Positions 8,699-17,357 of a DNA stretch of 64,000 nt are shown one piece after another. The translations under genes and the position numbers were made by a program. The notes below the pieces were generated by a model. The model did no database searches. It was not told the DNA's origin and was given only the letters and a program-made list of their open reading frames with translations. Origin of the DNA: an uncultured Thermotogae bacterium (GTDB taxonomy: Bacteria > Bipolaricaulota > Bipolaricaulia > UBA7950 > UBA9294). Within the stretch, counting starts at the first letter, position 1, and each line of letters begins with the position of its first letter. The stretch is from contig CAZFZM010000005.1 in NCBI GenBank assembly GCA_964523545.1, positions 31,805 to 95,804 on the forward strand. Reading direction: 5' to 3'.

Positions 8699-9154
8699 CT
8701 ACGTGCCGGTGTAGAACTCTTCGTTCAGCCGCTTCGCGCGGTTCTTCCGGAGTCGGGCGAGGCTCTCCTCGACGTGACCGATCCAGCTCTGGATCTGTTC
8801 CTCGCCGAGGTGAACGCGTTCGGCGGGACGGACGGAGTTCGCCGGATGATGGTTCGCCAGCGCGTTGTGCAGTTCGACGACCTCGCGCTCGAACGGCTCC
8901 TCCGCGACGGAGACGTCCTCGCCTTCGGCGAAGGCGAGGCTCGGAGAGCCGCCAGGATCGGTCGCCACGATGCGAAATCGGGCGCGCCGCCCGACCTGGA
9001 TTTGGCCGGACTCCCTGTCCGCGGGACGCTCCATGAAGCCGATCGTTCCCGAATCGAGGCGAACACGGATCCGACTCTTCTCAATCCCGACGATCTCGCC
9101 TCCGACGAGTTTGGGTTCCTCGTTCGATGTAGGATTCACTGCGTTCTCGGGCAT
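8699..9154 (-). CDS. hypothetical protein with S1/OB-like N-terminal segment
   Basis: Internal ATG at 9154 of track ORF 8699..9250; the longer form would overlap rpmB. GEIVGIEKSRIRVRLDSGTIGFM resembles an S1-type OB strand pattern. I do not recognise the rest. Confidence 0.5.
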   Translation of the reverse strand: MPENAVNPTSNEEPKLVGGEIVGIEKSRIRVRLDSGTIGFMERPADRESGQIQVGRRARFRIVATDPGGSPSLAFAEGEDVSVAEEPFEREVVELHNALANHHPANSVRPAERVHLGEEQIQSWIGHVEESLARLRKNRAKRLNEEFYTGT

Positions 9155-9192
9155 GGTCGATTGCGCCGCTCCGATCTTCGAATCGAAATCGA

Positions 9193-9384
9193 TCAGGCTG
9201 CCTTGACGACCCGACCCGACTTGATGCACCGGGTGCAGGCGCGGATCCATTTCTTCTTCCCGTCGACGACGGCGTGGACGCGCTGGATGTTCGGAGCGCG
9301 CACCCGGCGGGTGTGGCGATTCGAATGACTGACCGCGTTTCCGGCGGCCGGTTTCTTGCCGCAGACTTCACAGACTCTCGACAT
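9193..9384 (-). CDS. rpmB: 50S ribosomal protein L28
   Basis: 63 aa. MSRVCEVCGKKP..GN.VSHSN..T.R is the canonical L28 pattern. This is the Cys-containing (Zn-ribbon) form. Confidence 0.95.
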   Translation of the reverse strand: MSRVCEVCGKKPAAGNAVSHSNRHTRRVRAPNIQRVHAVVDGKKKWIRACTRCIKSGRVVKAA

Positions 9385-9411
9385 GTTCCTCTCACCTCAG
9401 CACGCGCCTCC

Positions 9412-10056
9412 TCAGGCGAGGAGGGGCTCTACGTATAGCGGCTCGACCTCGTACAGTCGGTCGACCGGTTTCTCGTTCCAACCAAGCTTGGCGATCGCCA
9501 GCGGAGACGGTCGATTCGCCTCCTCCGGAGCGATCCGAATCATCGGATGCCCTCGGAGCGCGCCGCCGATCGCAGGGGCCCCGCTTCCGACAAGGGTCAC
9601 CTCTCGATCTTCTCTCCGCAAGGCCTCCAGAAGCTCCGATTCGCGGATCAGCCGCATCGGTCCTCGCGGGCGCGAGCCGCCGAAGAACTGCGCGTAGTAC
9701 AAGTCACGGCGACTGGCCACGATCACGCAGACCCGTTTCGCGGCGGCGATCCTCGCCCGGTACGCGTCCGCACCATCGACGCCGACCAGTGCGGCGCCGA
9801 CGGTCTGGCAGAAGCCCTTGATCGCGGCGAATCCGATCCTGAGACCGGTGAACGAACCGGGACCCCGGTTGACGCACGCCAACTCGACGCAATCTCTGCT
9901 CACGCCGTTCTCGCTCAGAATCCCCTCGATCAGCGGGAACAGCTGCTCGGCGTGTCGGAGCGGGGTGTCCATCCAGCGCTCCTCGGTGAGGTCGCGTCCG
10001 TCGTAGAGGGCGACGCCGCCGAGCGGCTCGGATGTATCGACTCCCAACGCCAACAT
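9412..10056 (-). CDS. tsaB: tRNA t6A37 threonylcarbamoyl-transfer protein TsaB (YeaZ)
   Basis: ATG at 10056 (MLALGVDTSEPLGGVALYDG...). The NRGPGSFTGLRIG motif is characteristic of TsaB. Confidence 0.85.
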   Translation of the reverse strand: MLALGVDTSEPLGGVALYDGRDLTEERWMDTPLRHAEQLFPLIEGILSENGVSRDCVELACVNRGPGSFTGLRIGFAAIKGFCQTVGAALVGVDGADAYRARIAAAKRVCVIVASRRDLYYAQFFGGSRPRGPMRLIRESELLEALRREDREVTLVGSGAPAIGGALRGHPMIRIAPEEANRPSPLAIAKLGWNEKPVDRLYEVEPLYVEPLLA

Positions 10057-10090
10057 GCCGGGAAGATGGTAGGTGAGGGTAGTTTCCTTT

Positions 10091-11029
10091 TCAACCGCCG
10101 ATCGGGGCGGAGGGATCGGGGAATCGCGCGAGGACCTCGCTTGCACGCTCGGCGTCCCGCTCGATCTGAAGACGGAGGTCATCGAGGGACGGAAAGGATC
10201 GATCCCCTCGGAGCCGCTCGATCAGATGGACCTCAATCCGCTTTCCGTGCGTGTCCCCTTCCGCCGCGGCGAGCAGATGCACTTCGCAACGGAGCGCTCC
10301 GCCCTCGGCTCCGAGCGTCGGGCGCGTGCCGACGTAGAGGAGGGCGGAACGAGGGGCCGGATCCGGCGGGGGATCCCCGACGAACGCGCTGGCGGCGTAC
10401 ACGCCGTGGGCCGGGAGGAGAACGTGCAGGTCGATCGTGAGGCTCGCCGTCGGATACCCGAGGGTGTGGCCGACTCGATCGCCGACCGCGACGTCGCCGA
10501 TGAGGACGGGCGGACGTCCGAGGAGCGCGGCAGCGCCCGTGACGTTGCCCTTGGAGAGGAGGGTACGAACCCGCGTGCTGTTGACCGGTTCTCCGCCGAC
10601 GAGGATCGGCGGGACGACGGTGACCGAGAAGTCGAGACGTTCCCCCAGGGATCGAAGGGTCTCCGGATCCCCCGCGCGCTCGGCGCCGAACCGGAACGAC
10701 GGGCCGACGACGACGGACGCTGCGCGCAACTGCTCGGTGAGGATCCCCTCGGCGAACGCCTCGGGCGTGAGAGTTCGGACGTCCGAGAACGAGGCGCGAA
10801 CGACCCGGTCCACCGACCGGAGGAGCATGCGCGTCTTGACGGCTTCGGGGAGGAGAAGGCCTCGTTCGGCGCGGCCGCTGACTTGCAGCCGCGGAGGCAG
10901 ACCAAACGCGTAGGCCACACTTCGGACGCCGCTCCGGTCGGCCTGGCGCCGGACCTCGGTCAGGATCGCTTGGTGACCCAGGTGAATCCCGTCGAACGTT
11001 CCGATGCTGACGACCGTCCTATCTATCAT
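10091..11029 (-). CDS. ribF: bifunctional riboflavin kinase / FMN adenylyltransferase
   Basis: ATG at 11029 ([23 protein letters not shown]...). C-terminal riboflavin kinase part [13 protein letters not shown]...GVYA. Confidence 0.9.
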   Translation of the reverse strand: MIDRTVVSIGTFDGIHLGHQAILTEVRRQADRSGVRSVAYAFGLPPRLQVSGRAERGLLLPEAVKTRMLLRSVDRVVRASFSDVRTLTPEAFAEGILTEQLRAASVVVGPSFRFGAERAGDPETLRSLGERLDFSVTVVPPILVGGEPVNSTRVRTLLSKGNVTGAAALLGRPPVLIGDVAVGDRVGHTLGYPTASLTIDLHVLLPAHGVYAASAFVGDPPPDPAPRSALLYVGTRPTLGAEGGALRCEVHLLAAAEGDTHGKRIEVHLIERLRGDRSFPSLDDLRLQIERDAERASEVLARFPDPSAPIGG

Positions 11030-11090
11030 GAGCGCCTCGCGGCGGATGGTACACCATCGCCGAGGATCGAGACAGGAAGCGCGCCGTGGA

Positions 11091-11120
11091 TTGGAGCGGG
11101 GCACGGGCGACTTGTACAAT
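11091..11120 (+). promoter_or_regulatory. putative promoter TTGGAG-N18-TACAAT; the -10 ends 9 nt before the ruvB ATG
   Basis: Hexamers read directly from the sequence. There is no Shine-Dalgarno between the -10 and ATG 11130. Confidence 0.4.
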
Positions 11121-11129
11121 GGCGTCGAC

Positions 11130-12137
11130 ATGAGGTCGGAACGGATCGCCGGAGCTCGACTCGAAGAGGACGACGCGACCCTCGTCAACCTGCGCCCCTC
11201 GTCGCTCGACGAGTACATCAATCAGCGCGATATCAAGGAGAAGCTGCGAGTCTACATCGCCGCGGCGAAGAAGCGCGGCGAGTCGCTCGATCACGTCCTG
11301 CTGCACGGACCGCCGGGTCTCGGAAAGACGACGCTCGCCCAGATCATCGCGGCGGAGATGGGAGTCGACATCCGGATCAGCTCCGGCCCTGCGATCGAGA
11401 AGGCCGGCGACTTGGCGGCGATCCTGACGAACCTCAGGCCGCACGACGTCTTCTTCATCGACGAGGTCCATCGGCTCCGGCGAAACGTCGAGGAGATCCT
11501 CTACCCGGCGATGGAGGATTACAAGATCGACATCATCCTCGGCGAGGGGCCGAACGCGCAGTCGCTCCGGATCGATCTCCCTCCGTTCACCCTGGTCGGG
11601 GCGACGACGAGAGCCGGACTCATTTCCGCACCGATGCGTGACCGGTTCGAGGTCAAGTTCCGGGTGGGGTTCTACTCGGTCGAGGATCTAAAAACGGTCG
11701 TCGTCCGCACCGGCCGCATCCTCGGAATCGGCGTGTCGGACGACGGGGCGGACGAGATCGCCAAGCGGGCTCGCGGCACCCCGAGAATCGCCAATCGTCT
11801 CCTGCGGCGGACTCGGGATTTCGCCGAGGTCGAAGGGAAGGGTACGATCGACGCCGAGATCGCGAGGCGGTCGCTCGAGATGCTCCGGATCGACGAGCGA
11901 GGGCTCGACGAACTCGATCGGGCCGTTCTGGTGACGTTGGTCGACAAGTTCGCCGGAGGGCCGGTCGGTCTCGACACGCTCGCCGCGGCGTTGTCGGAGG
12001 AAAAGGACACGATCACCGACATCGTCGAGCCCTTCCTCCTGCAGGAGGGGCTGATCCAACGAACACCGCAGGGGCGGATCGCCACCGAGCGCGCGTTGAG
12101 TTACCTCGGACAGGAAAGGCCCGATCGGCTGTTCTAG
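11130..12137 (+). CDS. ruvB: Holliday junction branch migration helicase RuvB
   Basis: ATG at 11130. [19 protein letters not shown], Walker [10 protein letters not shown], and FIDEVHRL. Confidence 0.95.
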   Translation: MRSERIAGARLEEDDATLVNLRPSSLDEYINQRDIKEKLRVYIAAAKKRGESLDHVLLHGPPGLGKTTLAQIIAAEMGVDIRISSGPAIEKAGDLAAILTNLRPHDVFFIDEVHRLRRNVEEILYPAMEDYKIDIILGEGPNAQSLRIDLPPFTLVGATTRAGLISAPMRDRFEVKFRVGFYSVEDLKTVVVRTGRILGIGVSDDGADEIAKRARGTPRIANRLLRRTRDFAEVEGKGTIDAEIARRSLEMLRIDERGLDELDRAVLVTLVDKFAGGPVGLDTLAAALSEEKDTITDIVEPFLLQEGLIQRTPQGRIATERALSYLGQERPDRLF

Positions 12138-12652
12138 TGCCGGGACAGGTTCTTGGCGTTGTGGATGAACTCCCTCACGACCCCGCTGAAGCGGCGCCAG
12201 TCGAAGACGAGGGCCACGACGATCCAGACGACGTACCAGATCAGTGCGTGAGGGGCTTCGAAGTACGCGACGATCAAGGGGAGCGCAACGACCGGCGTCG
12301 CGAACGACATCGTCACCATCTTCGAACGGAAGTAGGCGATGAACGCCGCGGCGACCATGATGTAGGCGATCGCGGGGACGAACGGGATGAACCCGGACAG
12401 CACGAGGTAGCAGAGGCCGGAAAAGACCATCGCCATGTCGAAGGCGAATTCCTTCTCCCCGACCCACGTCGGCGGCTTGTTGTACCTGCGCGCCAGGCGC
12501 CCGTCGAGGATGTCGGTCGTCCAACCGAGCATCGTCAGGAGGATGACCGCCTCCAGCGCACCCTCTCCGACGAAGCCGAGGGAGAAGATCGCCGCGGCGA
12601 TCAAGCCCCGTGACATCGTAAGGAAGTCAGGAATCCTTTTCACCAACCTCAC
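12134..12652 (-). CDS. CDP-alcohol phosphatidyltransferase family protein (divergent motif)
   Basis: 172 aa polytopic membrane protein. [13 protein letters not shown] and DILDGRLAR are present, but the downstream part of the DG..AR...G...D...D signature is irregular. Confidence 0.65.
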   Translation of the reverse strand: MRLVKRIPDFLTMSRGLIAAAIFSLGFVGEGALEAVILLTMLGWTTDILDGRLARRYNKPPTWVGEKEFAFDMAMVFSGLCYLVLSGFIPFVPAIAYIMVAAAFIAYFRSKMVTMSFATPVVALPLIVAYFEAPHALIWYVVWIVVALVFDWRRFSGVVREFIHNAKNLSRH

Positions 12653-12661
12653 CGAACGTCT

Positions 12662-12690
12662 ATTCTAGTGAGGCAAGCCGGATCTGCCAA
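12662..12690 (-). promoter_or_regulatory. putative promoter TTGGCA-N17-TAGAAT; the -10 ends 9 nt before GTG 12652
   Basis: Reverse complement of tgccaa (12685..12690) and attcta (12662..12667). No SD lies before the start codon. Confidence 0.45.
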
Positions 12691-12744
12691 ACGTCGACGT
12701 GTCGCTCCGCCCCTTCGCCGTGGGCTTCGGTCCCGCCGGGGAGA

Positions 12745-12876
12745 TCAGTCTCCGGTGGCTCCCGACTTCCGCAAGCCCGGAGGAGGGCCGAGGATTTCGT
12801 GGAGGAGGATCGCCGACCGCGGGTCCTTCTTCACGAGTCTCCGGAGTCGTGCAATCGCCGAGCTTGGTTTGCCCAT
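12745..12876 (-). CDS. candidate 43-aa small protein, translationally coupled to floA
   Basis: Own translation: MGKPSSAIARLRRLVKKDPRSAILLHEILGPPPGLRKSGATGD. The ATG abuts the floA stop (TAGATG). About 31 of 42 non-start codons end in G/C. It is below the ORF-track length cutoff and I recognise no family. Confidence 0.3.
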   Translation of the reverse strand: MGKPSSAIARLRRLVKKDPRSAILLHEILGPPPGLRKSGATGD

Positions 12877-13863
12877 CTACTCTCCCTCGGTCTGGCTCTG
12901 CGTCGAGGGCTGGTCGCCGGCGGCGAACCCCTCGCGCATCTTCGTGTCGGCCTGCACGTTCTTCATCCGGTAGTAGTCCATGATCCCGAGGTTCCCCTCG
13001 CGGAACGCCTCGGCCATCGCGCGCGGAATCTCGGCCTCCGCCTCGACGACCGCGGCGCGGCGCTCTTGGACGAGGGCGCTCATCTCCTGCTCGCGCGCGA
13101 CGGCCATCGCGCGTCGTTCCTCGGCCTTGGCCCGCGCGACCTTCAGATCGGCCTCGGCCTGGTCCGTCTGCAGCTGCGCGCCGATGTTCTTCCCCACGTC
13201 GACGTCGGCGATGTCGATCGAAAGGAGCTCGAACGCCGTTCCCGCATCGAGCCCCTTCTCGAGGACGAGTTTCGAGATCTTGTCCGGATTCTCGAGGACC
13301 TCCTTGTGCGATCCGGCCGAGCCGATCGCCGAGACGATCCCCTCGCCGACGCGGGCGATCACCGTCTCCTCCGTCGCGCCGCCGACGAGCCGATCGATGT
13401 TCGCCCGAACGGTCACCTTGGCGATCGCGAACAGCTGAATCCCGTCCGCGGCGACGGCGCCGACCTTCGGTGTCTCGATGACGCGGGGGTTGACCGACAT
13501 CGCCACGGCGTCGAGGACGTCACGCCCCGCGAGGTCGATCGCCGCGGCCCGCTGGAAATCGAGCGCGATGTCCGCCTTGTCGGCGCTGATCAGGGCCCGC
13601 GCGACGCGCTCGACGTTCCCGCCGGCGAGGTAATGCGCCTCGAGATCCGATATCGCGAGCTTCAACCCCGCCTTCCACGCCGCGATCATCGGGAGGATCA
13701 CCCGATGCGGATTGACCTTCCTCAGTCGCATGCCGATCAGCGTCACCGGCCCGACCGGGACGCCGGCGGCGAGGGCGGAGATCCAGAGCCCCATCGGAAC
13801 GAAGTAGAAGAACAACCAGAGCAGCAGCACCGCTGCCACGGCGAGAACGATGTACCCGACCAT
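12877..13863 (-). CDS. floA: flotillin-like protein FloA (UPF0365/YqfA)
   Basis: ATG at 13863 lies 6 nt after AAGGAGGG. TM helix, then [15 protein letters not shown]...[11 protein letters not shown]...IDLAGRDVL and an Ala/Glu coiled C-terminus, as in B. subtilis FloA. Confidence 0.9.
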   Translation of the reverse strand: MVGYIVLAVAAVLLLWLFFYFVPMGLWISALAAGVPVGPVTLIGMRLRKVNPHRVILPMIAAWKAGLKLAISDLEAHYLAGGNVERVARALISADKADIALDFQRAAAIDLAGRDVLDAVAMSVNPRVIETPKVGAVAADGIQLFAIAKVTVRANIDRLVGGATEETVIARVGEGIVSAIGSAGSHKEVLENPDKISKLVLEKGLDAGTAFELLSIDIADVDVGKNIGAQLQTDQAEADLKVARAKAEERRAMAVAREQEMSALVQERRAAVVEAEAEIPRAMAEAFREGNLGIMDYYRMKNVQADTKMREGFAAGDQPSTQSQTEGE

Positions 13864-13865
13864 GT

Positions 13866-15212
13866 TCAACCCTCCTTTTCCGTGCGTCGAACGACCTTCC
13901 GATAGACGTCGTCCTGGATCACGACGATCGGCGTCCCCTTCGGGAGGAAGCCTTCTTCACAGACGACGTCGATCCGCTCGTCATCGAAGATCCCGCCGCC
14001 GACGGGGCGGAGATCGGTCGCCGCGACGCCTCGACGGCCGACCCAATCGCTCGGTGCCGGCTCCATCCCTTCCCCCTTCTCGTGCGAGCGTCCGGTGACC
14101 GCCGTCGACAGGATGATCCCCCCGAGACGGAGACGCGTTCGCGGGAGCCGGGCGAGGAGGACGATCGCCGCGGCGACGGAGACGATCAGCCCGCCGGAGA
14201 CGATGGCGATGGCGTGCACGGCCTGCTCGCGCGCCGTGAACGGGCCGACCATCGCGGTGTAGAACCCGAGACCGATCAGGATCAGGCCGAGCAGTCCGCT
14301 CACGCCGAAGTCGACCGCGGTAAACGCGAAGATCTCGAGCACAATGGCGACGATTCCGCCGAGCAGAAAAGCGATCGACTCCCAGCCGGCGAGGCCGACG
14401 AGGAAGTGGGTCCAGAAGAAGACGCCGAGGCATGCGATCCCGATGAGGCCGGGAATCCCGAAGCCCGGAACGAGCATCTCGACGATCAGCCCGAGAAGGC
14501 CGGCAGTGATCAGCAGGCCGACCGCCAGCGGGGACGTCAGCGCCTCGACGAGTCCGTCGATCCAGCGTACTTCGAACACGACCGAATCGCCGTAGCCGCG
14601 CTCGGCGAGCCACGCGTCGATCGACTCGATCTCGCCGTCGGAGTAGCCCCACTCGGCCGCTTCCATGGAGGTCAGGGTCAGGAGCTTCCCCGCCTCGATC
14701 AGGCCCGGGATCGAGACGTCGCGGTCGACCATCGCTTCGGCGACCTCGGGCGGACGTCCGCGAAGTTCGGCCGCGGCGCGGAACAGCGACCGCGTCGCGC
14801 TGATCACCTTCTCCGGCGCTTCGCGGAGGTTCTGGCCGACGACCGTGACCGGGGTGGCGGCGCCCATCACGCCGCCCGGGGAGAAGAGGATCGTCTCGCA
14901 GGCGATGGCGATGGCCGCTCCCGCGGAGAAAGCCTCACGCGCGACGTACGCGACCGTCGGGATCGTCGCGTCGAGGAGAATCCCTCTCGATTCGACCGCC
15001 GCGTCGAGGTAGCCGCCCGGCGTCGAGAGGACGAGGACGACGATGCCGGCTCCGGACTCGGTCGCCTCGGAGATCCCGCGCCGCAGGTAGGTCACGGTGC
15101 CGGAGTTGATCTCACCGTCGATCGTCAGAATCCACGCCGCTCCCTCGGCGAGCGCGAGGAACGAGCAGAGAGACAGACCTAGGAACGCGACCCAAAGACC
15201 CCGACGGTTCAT
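13866..15212 (-). CDS. nfeD: NfeD family membrane-bound ClpP-class serine protease
   Basis: 448 aa. Signal peptide, ClpP-like [11 protein letters not shown] region, multi-TM middle, C-terminal NfeD OB domain. Stop overlaps the floA region, matching the yqeZ-yqfA arrangement. Confidence 0.85.
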   Translation of the reverse strand: MNRRGLWVAFLGLSLCSFLALAEGAAWILTIDGEINSGTVTYLRRGISEATESGAGIVVLVLSTPGGYLDAAVESRGILLDATIPTVAYVAREAFSAGAAIAIACETILFSPGGVMGAATPVTVVGQNLREAPEKVISATRSLFRAAAELRGRPPEVAEAMVDRDVSIPGLIEAGKLLTLTSMEAAEWGYSDGEIESIDAWLAERGYGDSVVFEVRWIDGLVEALTSPLAVGLLITAGLLGLIVEMLVPGFGIPGLIGIACLGVFFWTHFLVGLAGWESIAFLLGGIVAIVLEIFAFTAVDFGVSGLLGLILIGLGFYTAMVGPFTAREQAVHAIAIVSGGLIVSVAAAIVLLARLPRTRLRLGGIILSTAVTGRSHEKGEGMEPAPSDWVGRRGVAATDLRPVGGGIFDDERIDVVCEEGFLPKGTPIVVIQDDVYRKVVRRTEKEG

Positions 15213-15218
15213 GCATCG

Positions 15219-15248
15219 ATCCTATGTTGACATGAAGGCTTGTTGCAA
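15219..15248 (-). promoter_or_regulatory. putative promoter TTGCAA-N18-TAGGAT; the -10 ends 6 nt before the nfeD ATG
   Basis: Read directly from the sequence. No SD is present. Confidence 0.4.
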
Positions 15249-15266
15249 GTTCACAGGGACCCGCAA

Positions 15267-15295
15267 TTGGCTTCGGTGCGTCGGAGAGCTAGAAT
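15267..15295 (+). promoter_or_regulatory. putative promoter TTGGCT-N17-TAGAAT for CDS 15368
   Basis: Hexamers and 17-nt spacer counted on the sequence. Confidence 0.45.
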
Positions 15296-15367
15296 GGTTC
15301 TGCGAATGACACTTCGCAGGAATCCGGAGGGCGCGAAGAGGGCGAGGGGCCGAAGGGAGGTTGTGGG

Positions 15368-15955
15368 ATGAAGAACGCGCTTCTTCTGTTGTCGATTTGG
15401 CTTGGGATCATCGTCGCCGCGTACGCGATGGTCTATTGGGATTGGGGAATCGAGCAGCCACTCCCGATCTCCGTTCTCGAGCCCGCAAGCTCGACGTACG
15501 TCGAGCCGAACGGTCGGTTCAGCCTCGCCGTCCCGTTGGCCTGGGACGTCGAGGAGACGGGGACGTCCGTGCTTCTCACCGATCCATCGGACGAGATCGA
15601 GGTGACGGTCTTCACGGTCGAGGAATCGGTTCCGGAATCGGCTCTCCTCGTTGTCCTGGGGATCGTCGGAGCAGATGGACCGTCCGAAGAGATCGCGGTC
15701 GAGGAGATCCCGCCGGCCGGCGCGTCCGAGCGTGCCGTGCGGATCGCCGGCCCGTTGGAAGACGAGGTATCGAGCTACGGTCTCGCCTACCTGTACGAAG
15801 GAGAGACGGTCGTTCTTCTCGTGCGCGGCGGCGAGGAAGCGCTCCAGGACCGCGCCGCGGATCTGGAACTGATCGAAGCCGGGATCACGGTCCCCGCAGC
15901 GGCCGTCGAGGAAACAGGGGGCGCCGAAGAGGCCGAACCGGTCGTCGAGCTGTAG
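15368..15955 (+). CDS. hypothetical membrane-anchored acidic protein
   Basis: 195 aa. GGGAGG lies 8 nt upstream. N-terminal TM (LLLLSIWLGIIVAAYAMVYW), then an acidic domain (GRFSLAVPLAWDVEE...). High GC3. I recognise no family with confidence. Confidence 0.6.
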   Translation: MKNALLLLSIWLGIIVAAYAMVYWDWGIEQPLPISVLEPASSTYVEPNGRFSLAVPLAWDVEETGTSVLLTDPSDEIEVTVFTVEESVPESALLVVLGIVGADGPSEEIAVEEIPPAGASERAVRIAGPLEDEVSSYGLAYLYEGETVVLLVRGGEEALQDRAADLELIEAGITVPAAAVEETGGAEEAEPVVEL

Positions 15956-15976
15956 TCAGGGACGGACACGACGAGC

Positions 15977-16008
15977 GCGAAGGCGGGCCCCCGTGGGCCC
16001 GCTTTCGC
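15977..16008. terminator. 14-bp GC-rich hairpin between convergent genes
   Basis: gcgaaggcgggccc-ccgt-gggcccgctttcgc (one G-U pair). No clear U-tract on either side. Confidence 0.45.
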
Positions 16009-16022
16009 GTTGACGGCCGCGT

Positions 16023-17357
16023 CTACTCGGACGTGATCGAAACCCCCTCGAGCCGGAGAAACGGAAACGTGTAGTTGAACACGCGCTCCGTCTCCTTGGA
16101 GATGCCCGACAGTGTCTTCAGCATCTCGAAGATGTTCCCGGCGATCAGCGTGCCGGAGACGGCCCGGTCGATCTTCCCGTCGACGATCAGGTACGCCGCC
16201 TTGGCGACGCCCGAGAAATCGCCGGAGATCGGATCCGTGTTTCCCGAGAAACGACTGACGAGCAGCCCGCGCTTGATCTCCGAGATCAGCTCGTCCTTCG
16301 CGATCTCCCCGGGCAGGATCATGAAGTTGGTCGGCCCGATCGTGGGGAGGGATCCGGCCGAACCGGCCGCGTTGCCTGTGTTCGTGACGCCGTACGCGTG
16401 GGCGGTGTACGCGTTGTGCATGAGCGATCGGAGCACGCCGCCCTCGATCAGCGGAAGGCGACGGCGAGGCGTCCCTTCACGATCGAACGCACCGGTCGCG
16501 ACGCCCCCCGGGAGGCGCCCGTCGTCGACGAGGCCGAATCCCGGAACGGCGACGGCCTCCCCGAGCGCGTCCTTCCACCGAGACATCCCGCGCAGCGCGT
16601 TCCTCGCGTTCAGCTGGAACTGGAGCGGGGCGAACAGGTTGAGCACGGCGTACGGGTCGAGGAGGACTTGGCCCACGAAGGACTCGCCCGGCTCGGCGCC
16701 GAGCGAGCCGAGCGCGTCCGCGCTCGATTCGCGCGCGATCGGCTCCACGTCGATCTCCTCAACGCTCCTCGTCGCTCCGAATTTGAACGCCATGTTGGAG
16801 ACCGCCTCGCCGTCGCGCGCCGTGGTCAGAACGGAGTACGTGAACAGGCTGCCGGGTTCCGTCGCCTCCGCACCGGACGAATTGACGAGGACGCGGTCAC
16901 GGATCTCCGCCGAGAACTCCGCCTCGCCGACGATGACCCGCGGATCGACCGCCTTCGCCGTCTCCAGCATCCGGATCGCCTGCTTCACCGCGTCTGCCGT
17001 GCCGAACGACTCGGCCGCCGGGTCGCTCAATCCGGCGAGCGGCTCGACCTCCGTCGGGTCCGGAAGGACGTTGTGCGGATCACCGGGCGACGCCTTGGCC
17101 AACGTCACGGCGTCGCGCGCCGCGTCCTCCACCTTGGTCAGATCGTTCGTGCTGGCGAAGCCGACCTGCGTTCCGACGAACGCGCGGAGCCCGATTCTCG
17201 TCTCCTGCTGGCTCTTCGAGATCTGCAGGTCGTCCTTCTCCACCGCGGCCGTGATCCTTCGGGTCGTCTGGCCGAAGACCTCGACCTGGTCGGCCCCCTG
17301 CTTTCGCACGAGGTCGAGCGTCCGCTGGCAGTGATCGAGTAGGTTCTTTGCGCTCAT
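16023..17357 (-). CDS. pmbA: TldE/PmbA family metalloprotease partner (pair 1)
   Basis: ATG at 17357 (MSAKNLLDHCQRTLDLVRKQGADQVEVF...) overlaps the tldD stop (ATGA). PmbA_TldD family fold pattern with no HExxxH. Confidence 0.85.
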   Translation of the reverse strand: MSAKNLLDHCQRTLDLVRKQGADQVEVFGQTTRRITAAVEKDDLQISKSQQETRIGLRAFVGTQVGFASTNDLTKVEDAARDAVTLAKASPGDPHNVLPDPTEVEPLAGLSDPAAESFGTADAVKQAIRMLETAKAVDPRVIVGEAEFSAEIRDRVLVNSSGAEATEPGSLFTYSVLTTARDGEAVSNMAFKFGATRSVEEIDVEPIARESSADALGSLGAEPGESFVGQVLLDPYAVLNLFAPLQFQLNARNALRGMSRWKDALGEAVAVPGFGLVDDGRLPGGVATGAFDREGTPRRRLPLIEGGVLRSLMHNAYTAHAYGVTNTGNAAGSAGSLPTIGPTNFMILPGEIAKDELISEIKRGLLVSRFSGNTDPISGDFSGVAKAAYLIVDGKIDRAVSGTLIAGNIFEMLKTLSGISKETERVFNYTFPFLRLEGVSITSE

